A stretch of 64,000 bases of DNA. Origin: Kudoa neothunni (Eukaryota; Animalia; Cnidaria). Position numbers and translations under genes: made by a program. The DNA is taken from the NCBI GenBank assembly GCA_964304625.1, contig OZ199839.1:5388898-5452897 (forward strand), given 5' to 3'. The notes under the pieces are model-generated. The model saw nothing but the letters and a program-made list of their open reading frames with translations, did no database searches and was not told the DNA's origin. Below, in pieces: positions 54,437-64,000 of this stretch; the stretch's first letter is position 1, and each line of letters starts with the position of its first letter.

Positions 54437-54563
54437 TGTTACACTAGCAATGGGCGCCGAAGAGAATGCCATTTTTAAATTACCGACCAACAACGATAGA
54501 TTTCGTCGCTAACACATTAGATGTATTTGTTAGTAATACTAATCTGAGGATGGATTAGTAACA
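54437..54563. mobile_element. Solo LTR (127 bp)
   Basis: TGTTAC...GTAACA with perfect 5-bp TSD ATTAC; same family as 47382-47511. Confidence 0.85.
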
Positions 54564-54781
54564 ATTACGTTCTAATTTAATAAAGTGACAATTTATCCTA
54601 TGTTGGTGTTATTATAATTGATTTAATGAGTTATTTGCCATATATGCATGTATTGGGTGACATATACTCTCTTTGAGCTAATTACTCAACAATAAAAGAG
54701 CTAATTTACGGTTCAGTTTGAATTCATCAGGCACATTCGGCTGTGATCGACAAAAAAGTAAATTTAAAAGATTAACGAAAT

Positions 54782-55650
54782 TTAATGTAAATACATTTCA
54801 TTAATTGTTTTTATATACATCGAAAATGTATGTTGGGAGTTTTTTATTAAAATGGTACTCTGTGAGATGGAACCAATTAATTCCGACTTTTTATGAATAA
54901 TATGTCGGTATTTACTTTTTATTGCACCCCAAATTGCTTCGATACGGTTAGTATGCACACCTTCATGTGTCTTAGATTCAACCGAGTGATTTACCGTCTC
55001 ATGATTGGTAAATAGCACCCAAGTTGTTGTAACCAGCCCAGCAATCTGTCCAAAGTGTTTACCCAGGATGAACATTTTGAATTTTTACGTGTTCAAGTGT
55101 AGGTTGATTTCGAATGATGGTTAGCACTTGAAATATATTACCATACGAGTCTATACCACCAACGATCCATATGATTTGATTTACCAAAACTCTTCCTCCG
55201 TGATACTTACGTTTGCAAATCTGTGATTCATCAATTTGTACTACCACTGCATGTCCTCCGATTCTTTCATTATGTGAATCAAGGTAGTCGACATAAACTT
55301 CTCTGATAAAATTCCTCCAATCACAAATTGTACTGTCGGAACCTATTTGCAGTTGTTTTGACAGCTGTGGTGGATATGACGTGTGGATATCATTGACTTC
55401 TATATACATCATTGCAAAGATTTGCTGTAGCGTTAATTTGAAACCCTCGAAAAATGTCCCTTTTCTAACTGAAATTTTTTTATACATTGGATATTTGAAC
55501 AAAATTTATAGGTAATAGAATCTTTTTTAGCAACATTAACACGTCATAATTAGCTCACATTCTCTTTTTAGGTATATGTTTAGGTTTTTGTAAGAGTATA
55601 CTTATTTTTCTGTGTCATTCTTTATTTCAAAAAGATGTTCTAACAATTAA
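54782..55650 (-). mobile_element. Merlin/IS1595-like transposase remnant
   Basis: SVRKGTFFEG, VVQIDES..KRKYHGGR, WIVGGID, HETVNHS, VHTNRIEAIWG. Confidence 0.88.
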
Positions 55651-55770
55651 TCATCGATATTTTCGAACGTAAATTCCACTGCGCTATAAATTTCGATTGA
55701 TGCCGCTAAACAAAGGACGATGAATTCCACCTAACTGTAAATTAGCCCAATAAAGTTTCTACTATTTTTA

Positions 55771-58642
55771 GGCAGTGACTATATCTTAGGTAAGAAATTT
55801 CTCGAAAAGTTCTCAACATATTAAACTTAGAATTTACAAATCGTTATAAATTAGTTTAACTTAAGTTCTCCTTAAATTTCAAAGTTTTATGAAGATTTCA
55901 ATATTTTACGTAAACGACAACAACACAAGTACCGGGAGTAATACTTATTTCACGTTAATTCCCAAATATAGTAATAAATTAATAATAATTTAAATATAAC
56001 AAAGGTAGTTTTTATATTTGCGTTTCTTTCTTTCAGATATAAGATATTTTAACTAAACAGATGTAATTTGTGATTACATCCTTACGTATGCGCATACAAG
56101 TTTCCCGTGAATAATGGATTGACATCAAACACAATTTCTAACATTTATTCTTAATTCACATAAATTCATAGTCGAAGCATATTATTTTATTCTTGACTCT
56201 AATAGTTGTTAAATGTCTACCTCTCGGTTGACCAATGGATTTTATTTTTGAAGGGATTTTTAAATCTTAAAGAAAATTATCAAAATTAAAATTTATTTAT
56301 TACCTTCCAATTGGGGTTGCTCCATTATTATTGTTGATCCGTCTTGATTACTGATTTTCTGTTCTTGAACATTGTACTCAATATTTGAATGAGTTTTCGA
56401 TATCGTGTGTGGCGAATTTTCAATTGATTCCTTTATTGATTCCTTGTATGGTTAAAATGCAATTTAATTAGAAAACAGTTACTATTTCGTCTGTTTCTAA
56501 TAGTTTCCCAGCTAAATAAAATTATGAAATATGATAATGATTATCAATAATCACATGTATTAAGAAAATGATCGATAATTGTGTTATTGTGATTTTTTAT
56601 TAGCCTTTACAAAAGATTTATTTATCTTATTGATTTATCAAGAGAGTCTCCACAATATTCTGATATCGATTTGCCAATTTTGTTGTAAAAGTTGTCGCAT
56701 ATTTCAATTTTTGAGCAAAAATTTTTATTTTAACCTGCTTTTTTATCAAAAATAGTAGAAATTTGTCCGTCGTTATCTTGTGTTATTGGACCTGTTTTTA
56801 AAAGTTTCATTCTATATGACTCCGTCCATCTTTCATGGCACAGACCTTCGGAGAAAAGAGTAACTTTTTCATTGATCTACATATTAACACATGACAGCAT
56901 GGCAATGAGAATGATCAATAAAATAAGCATGAACATGTCGATGGATTTGTAGTTCCATTAAAGCTTGTCAATACGTTATCGTCATTTAATAATGAGATTT
57001 GATCTCTCAACTTATTATAGGCGTATTTTGTCAAGTGGTGTTTGTAATGGAATGTACAGTTTACATTAAATGTTTCATTTGAAACATAATACAATTGACT
57101 CATTGCTCTAACCTCCCCTTCTGTTCGGAGGTTGTTCAAAATTTTGATAAAGTTACAAATAAAATCACTAAACGTACTGAATTTATGAACAACGCTTTTA
57201 ATTTTCGAATTAATCGCTTCAATTCTATTGTTTGTACCGTTATCATAAAAGTTTTTTGCATCACTGAGACCGATAACCCATTCACTGTAAATTGAATCCC
57301 AGTTCCTTTAAAAATATTCGCTCAATTTAACGTTGTTAAATGAAAGAATTTTATCCACACAACTTTTATATTCACTGTAATCACTACGATGAATCATTTT
57401 CTATAAGCATGTTAAAACTTCTTGACAGCGACCAATAGAAATTGGGAATTTATTGTTGGTAATTTGCGTGACATGAAATTTACAAAGTATACACGATGCG
57501 AGTGAAAAACTTCTTTTTAGGCATTTTCTAAGTTTTTCATCCTTATCGGTAACGATTGTATTTATATTGTCTCGGAGCGTCGGTACCATTACAGTTAAAA
57601 CATCACAAAACAATTGAATAACGGCTTCAATCTCCTCATAGAATTTACACACGTTCGTGATGTGTGTTAACCCAAAAGAATCTACCCCCGCAGATAGATA
57701 TAACGGGGCTCTAAAACTATGATTACAATAGACTCGAATTTTTTAATTACCTTGAATTAAGAAGTTTGTATGTTGCGTCTACAACAAAAACTCCGTTAAC
57801 AACGTTATATTTATCATATAAAATTTTAACATAGCGGCTATAGTCCTTTCTTAAAACTTTTTCTATCGCATCTAGGTTAAGGGGAATAAATTTTTATTTA
57901 CTCTAATATTATGGATAGACGTGAGACGAACATTTTTTCCAGTTTCACACTGAATTTTAGACTGAATCAATTTTTCGTTGTTTTGGCAAATTTCTGTAAA
58001 TCACTTCATTTGATTCATGATTATGCACTAACATGTATGAACGTACTTCAAGAGCAGTTCCATCGACAGAAATCCTAAGTGATATTTTAACAGGAAGTCG
58101 CCCCTTAAAGCTGTTTTATTTCTGCTGCCACTAGATTTGGGTTTGTTTTTACCATTGAAAATACAACAGTAAGTAACCTCATAATAATGTAGAGCTGGGT
58201 TGACTGATTTAATAATTCTATCTCGCATATTCGAAATAGTTCTGGTTTGATATTTATAAGAGTTACAAAAATTTGATTTTTCGTGATCTAAAATGGCATT
58301 ATCAATATCCTCGAGGGTGACAAATCGTGTTCCATGTATACACATGTTTGAACTTAACGCGTGTCTAGCGAAATGGTAAGAGCAGAATGCGCGCTCTAAG
58401 CATGACATTAAGGAACGAAAATTATTTAATCTATTATATTTAATTCTAATTGTTGTCTTTTTTAATTTTTTTAATATATCAAAAAAATTAACATTCCTGG
58501 TACTTGTGTTATTGTCGTTTACGTAAAATTTTGAAATTTAAGGAAAACTTAAGTTAAACTAATTTATAACGATTTGTAAATTCTAAGTTTAATATGTTGA
58601 GTACTCTTCGATAAATTCACTGCCTGAGATATAGCTACAGCG
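55771..58642 (-). mobile_element. Mutator/MULE element with decayed SWIM-containing transposase
   Basis: ~150-bp TIRs (55771-55937 / 58495-58642); 9-bp imperfect TSD ctattttta/tcattttta; IVTDKD...LCKFHV and TCSC..F SWIM motifs. Confidence 0.88.
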
Positions 58643-59841
58643 TCATTTTTATATAAACAGAGATATAACCAGTATTTAACAATATATAATGAATAGTTTC
58701 AACACCCCCCAGGAACCGCACGCATTACATTTAAAAATACACTAAATTCGTAAATTAAAATTATTCATTTATAATTATTATTTAATATTATTATAAAGAT
58801 ACACGCTTTATACTTGTTTATAGAATAATTTAAAATTTGAGCTGCGCATTGTATAGCACTATAAACGCCATTTTCAACGTTGACAATATCAACAATATAC
58901 CATCTGTTTAATTTACAAGTAACATACCTTCAGAAGACTTTTTTCAACAGTTTTAAATCTTATGTACATAAAAATATTTCATCCCTTATTTTTGTTTTGA
59001 ATTACATTAGAAAATATATCGAATTTTCGCTATTGAAACAATACACGGTGATCTCCGTTTATTTAATAGATTTTAGATGATATTATGGTTTGTGTTATTC
59101 TTGATTTAGAATCATTTTGTTCTTTACGTACATTTCTTTCGTATATATTAAAGTAATTAATCTCAAAATCGTCACATACGTTCTGCATTTTTACTATCAA
59201 CAAACACCACTGGATTCCTTATTAAAATTTATATTTTATAAATATGATGCAATACTTTTAGTTGTAATTAATATAGAAGGTTATTTTTAAGAAGATTTAT
59301 TTAAAGTATTTTTTACTCTTAATAATATATGTAAGATAACGTCAATACAAAGCTATTTACTTCAAACATAAATTCGTTTTTATTTCATTAAAATATTGAG
59401 TGATCTTTTATTTAACGAATTCCAGTGTTAATTTGTTTTAACATGGAAAAAATAAATATTTTAAGTTCTCTTTAAAAAATGTAAATAAAATATTTTTTAA
59501 TCTTTTTGAAATTCAGGTGGAGACTTTCAATCAATCATGTGGCATTTCCACGCTATAATTATACTTTTTATAAAAAACCAAACATATTTTTTTACTATGA
59601 ACATTTTTTATAATTACGTTAGTCGTAAAGTAAACGAATTTTTATTTTGTATTTAATTGGAATGTTTGTTAATAAATATACATATATAGGCGACAACAGA
59701 TTATAAACACTGCGGATTTTACGCACTTTTTTAAAAAAAAAACAACTTAGTAGTTCTCATATTAAATGTGTATATTGTAAGGTTTATTTTAATTAATATT
59801 CCTCATTTTACAAATATAAAATCTTCATTTAATGTCAAATA

Positions 59842-60100
59842 ATGCCAAGGTACGTAAAATCCGTAGTGACCAATTTTACGAACATTATTATTCCGATTTC
59901 TATATCACTTGCGGATTTGACGCAATCAGTAGTTATGATCATTGATTGCCAGAGGCGTTTGACGTTTAAAGAAAAATACTCAATATTGAAGTTCTTTGAA
60001 ACTCTTTCTCAAAAAATGAAAAAATAAATATTATTCGTCAATTCGAGATTTCCACATTATATCCTTTTTATAAAATAAAAAAGGATGAAATTGACGAAAT
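59842..60100 (+). pseudogene. pogo/Tigger N-terminal HTH (psq/CENP-B-like) fragment
   Basis: RRLTFKEKYSILKF...IIRQFEIST; cagtg-type TIR-like end followed by TA at 60394-60396. Confidence 0.5.
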
Positions 60101-60566
60101 GATACTCGAGTAGGATATAATGAAAGATTAAATGGTTGGTATTAATAAAAATAAGGACGTTATGTAATAAACTATGAATGATATCGAACAGGAGAAGGTT
60201 AAAATAACACAATTTTTTCCATGTTTTAGAAACAAAATTAAAAAATCACTATTATTGTGCACGTATGAGTATAAGTTAATAAAGTTTACTCAAATTATTT
60301 ACGTGATTTTTAAAGTCCCTGGTATAGTTTTAACAAATAAAAAAATATTTTTTGTGCATGCGCCTGTTTGGTACATAAAATCGGTTACCCACTGTATAAT
60401 ACTTCTTATTTTTTAAAATGATTCGAAAAAATAATTATATTTATATATTTAGACATTTATTCAAGATTTAAAATATAAATAAAATATTTATTACTTACAT
60501 GAAATACATATAAGTGAAATTAGAATAATATTAAATATATAAAAAATGTTTATAATAATCACATTA

Positions 60567-61262
60567 CAGTCGAACAGGGGTCGTACGTAATCGTCACTTT
60601 TGATACACAAAACTAAATTTGAATTTCGTCATTCATAGTTATAATAAAATAAAAAACATGGCTCGTACGAATCGCGGTAAAAATGATACCGAATAAAACG
60701 CGGAATTGCAAAAGCCTTTCTGAAGAGTTTAAGATTATTCAATACTAAGATTCGATACACGAGTTAAAGAAACTCAAAAAAACGACGATGAATAAATTTG
60801 GTTGACTTAGGACTATTAAACAGTTGTCGAAAATCCTTGAAGAAAGGACTAAATGTTGACATTGATAATAAAGTCTACAAATGGATGTTTCCAAGGTTTT
60901 AAAGATCGATTTAATTTAAAATACATAACTTTTCACGGCGAGGCTGGAAGAGGTCTTATCGAAATAGTGAATGCGTGGGAACAAAACAACAAAATGTTCT
61001 CAAAAACTGGTCGCCTAAGAATGTTTTCAACGGATGAGACAGGTCTATTTTATCAGCAATATGACGGTTTATAATTTTTTTTACTTATTGATTTTATTGA
61101 TTTTATTTCTAGGTAAAGGTTATATAACTGGAACTGAAAGTGACGTCAGAGGGACGAAACAACTTAAAAATCGTTTAACGATTCTTCTTGGTTGTCCCAT
61201 GACTGGCGAAAAATTTCCACTATTCTCTATAGGAAAATATGCTAAGCCAAGATGCTTTAAAG
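60567..61262 (+). mobile_element. pogo/Tigger transposase remnant
   Basis: TA|cagt start; FKDRF...HGE, DETGLF, KNRLTILLGC..TGEK.PL..IGKYAKPRCFK. Confidence 0.85.
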
Positions 61263-62200
61263 CAGTGGTTCTTAACCTTTTTGGAGTCGTCGAACCACCA
61301 AACATAAAATTTTTTAAATTTTAAATAAAATGAATTATAATTAGTTATGAATTAAAATTTAATCAATCAAATTAATATAAAGCTAATTAGTGCTATTTTT
61401 GTTCTTGTTTTTTTTTGCAACCAATTCTGTAATACGAGACAAAATGTTGGAGAGAGCAATTCGCATATCGCTTTCACAGAAAAGCGTATTTCTTAACTTA
61501 TTTTTTATAGTGACTCATCTTGAAAATGATTGTTCGCTAAAGTGAGCTGTTACAAAAGGAATAAAAACTTCCAAAGCTTTCGTCGAAATTGTAGGATATT
61601 TTTCAATTTGATTTATCCAAAAGATTCATGGTGGAACTTTTTCAAAAAGTTGTTTTTAAATTTGTTTTTGTTGAAGTTCGATAAGTTCATCAAGGTATTT
61701 ATTATTGACATCCTCAGCTGAATTATCGAAACTAAATGGCTGCCTCACCCAGTCGGGGAATGAATTTTTAGAAGTGAAATAGCCATCGAGTGAGTTAGAA
61801 AGTTCTTCTGAATGTGCAACAACTATTTCCTTTGATTCAAAAGGTAAAATGATCAATTCGTCGTTATCGCCGTCATTATTATTACAAATATCGTCTAAAA
61901 ATGGAAAGTTTGCATAATTCTCGACCATTATTCTTCGTTTGTATAAAGATAATTTTATTTGGAATGCACTAAGATATTCCTCTGCCTCAATGATGTTGAC
62001 TCTATATCCTTGCATCTGCGGGTTCAAACAATTTATGGAATCAAAAATATACCTATTTCCTTTCGCAGGGTAAGAACGCGGTTTAATACTTTTCCTCGAG
62101 GCAGCCACCTCACACTTGAAGATTCGATGATTCAAAGCACTACATCTCACAAAATTTACACAATCGATAACGAAAATCTCAACACACCTGAAAAGTTACG
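61263..62200 (-). mobile_element. hAT (Charlie/ZBED-like) 3' remnant inserted in the Tigger
   Basis: TIR cagtggttcttaaccttttt at 61263; IFD..N.LN..MQG, WVRQPF, ELIELQ and dimerisation-domain remnants. Confidence 0.85.
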
Positions 62201-62849
62201 AACCACACGTCACTACAATATAATCCAGAAAAAACATAATTAATTAATTTAAAGATATTTTATTTATATTCATAACGGTCAAATAAATGTTTTTAAATCG
62301 TTCGAGAAATAAATAACTTATTATAATCTTATGTGTACGTTAATTTTGTAATATTTTCTCAAATTACGAAATACACGTCACCCACTGTACCATAGAGATT
62401 TTTCCTCTCGAAAGAACATGGCTAATCTCCAAAAAATTTTAATTATGAATGAAGACAACGGTTTGTTTAAAAAATATTGCCGGAAAAGTTGGCATTGCAA
62501 AAATCTTTTTTTTCGAAAAATGTAGATAAGTGTTTATCAACGTAAGTTTTAACACTAGAAAGTGAACGTACTGAAAGACAATATTTTTGAGAAAAACTTT
62601 TAGCTCTTGGGTGATTATCTATTATTTTAAATGGTAATCCATCATACACATCAGCGGAAACAAGATAAATCTTCATTTTTTGGTTTTTATGTTCTCTAAA
62701 TAACGTAGGGGACTAGGAGATATATGCTTTAACTTGTAGAATTAGTAAACAAATTCATTTTAAATAATTTCTAAATCAACTCAATCCTCAATAAAATGCT
62801 CCAAATCACAACTATTTCTGTCCATTATTATTAAGGCGCCCTTTCCGAA

Positions 62850-63604
62850 ACACAGCGTAAAAATAAACGTCGAATCATTCTGATAGAATCGATTTTAAAT
62901 CGAAAATTGCATGCCTTAATTATATGTAAGGGAAAAAGGCGAAACGTGAATATCAGTTCGTCAACATTAAGAAATGGAGATGAAGATATCCATTTATCAT
63001 ATAGATGCAAAAAGGATATAAAATATAAGTTTCGCATTAAATATTCTTAGAAATGATTGTAAAACCTACATTTTTTGGATTAATAGGCATCGATGGTTAC
63101 AACGTCTCTAAACTTACGATTAAGAATATTTTCGAGCTGATTTACATGTGGTCAGTAGAAGTCAATCATACTTCGACCGATTTTTGGCTGGAATTAGCGA
63201 GAAAACAGTAACCTTTTGGTTTGACCGCTTCAAAGAATAAACTAGCAAAAGAAGGGACTATCATTGATATCGATGAGACGCTTTTAAGAGGCAAAAGAAA
63301 AAATAATCGTGGTAGCTATTTATCATTAGACCAGTGGCAAACTGATATAGATGCATCCTATGAATCTGATATTGATGAAGAAGAACACGATGATTCGAGC
63401 ACCAGCCGAGAGAAATATAACAACAGAATTGATGGACTTTGGGTTTTAGGCATTTGCGAATGTTCGGTCGATAGCAATAAAAAAAGAAGCTTAATAGAAA
63501 CACTTATCCCAATAATTTTAAATGAAGTCGAGACGGGCGCTTCTATTTATACAGATGAATGGTTGGCTTATCGGTCTTTGTCCACATATGGTTTGTTAAA
63601 TTAA
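62850..63604 (+). mobile_element. Merlin/IS1595-like transposase remnant (subfamily like 40040-41180)
   Basis: IDETLLRGKRKNNRG, WVLGICE, ETLIPII..V..G..IYTDEWLAY. Confidence 0.85.
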
Positions 63605-64000
63605 ATGCGGCCATAGAAACACGTTCTACTAAAATAATAATGCAAAGTTAATACATGTGGAAGCCGCGCTAGCAGGTGACATATTGGAGATTTCATTCTC
63701 CTAATATTATGCTCCGAAAGTGGAGCGGTAGCCGGTCCTAGATAATCCAACATGGTTATCGTCATCATAGTATCAACCATACATTGGAATACGTTTCCGA
63801 AGATTTTCTCTCACTTATTGTGACTTTGTATCTAATTAATTATATTAACAACACCAATAATTAGTCATTGCACTGGATTTTAACTTTTTTAACATTTTTT
63901 CTTTCCGTATAAATTTAACTAAATACCATTTTGTACAATAATATTATTTATAAGTTTATTCGATAAGTATTCAAAGATAAAATGATAATAATTATTAAAC

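Noticed and set aside
63695-63745. Twister ribozyme (cctaa...gccggtcc)
   Set aside because: Lacks the following CAAG/pseudoknot partner and the L1 GAG arrangement

Overview
AT-rich eukaryotic DNA, almost entirely transposon remnants around one rDNA unit. The 18S/5.8S motifs look myxozoan (cnidarian parasite) to me, but this is from recollection and needs BLAST. No intact host gene is evident. Contents: four piggyBac elements (one near-intact), nested MITEs, a decayed Helitron, a nested LTR stack (BEL/Pao inside a ~4.1-kb Gypsy, inside a piggyBac that interrupts another Gypsy), solo LTRs, four Merlin/IS1595-like remnants, and MULE, pogo/Tigger and hAT remnants. The minus-strand rDNA unit comprises 440-bp IGS repeats, 28S, 5.8S and the 3' third of 18S. 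The main finding is a ~7-kb non-LTR retrotransposon (two C2H2 fingers, RT, CCHC knuckle, restriction-like endonuclease) inserted antisense into a highly conserved 18S site (GACGGAAGG|GCACCACC). Its 3' end carries a diverged copy of its own target, and the canonical R2 site in the adjacent 28S is altered.
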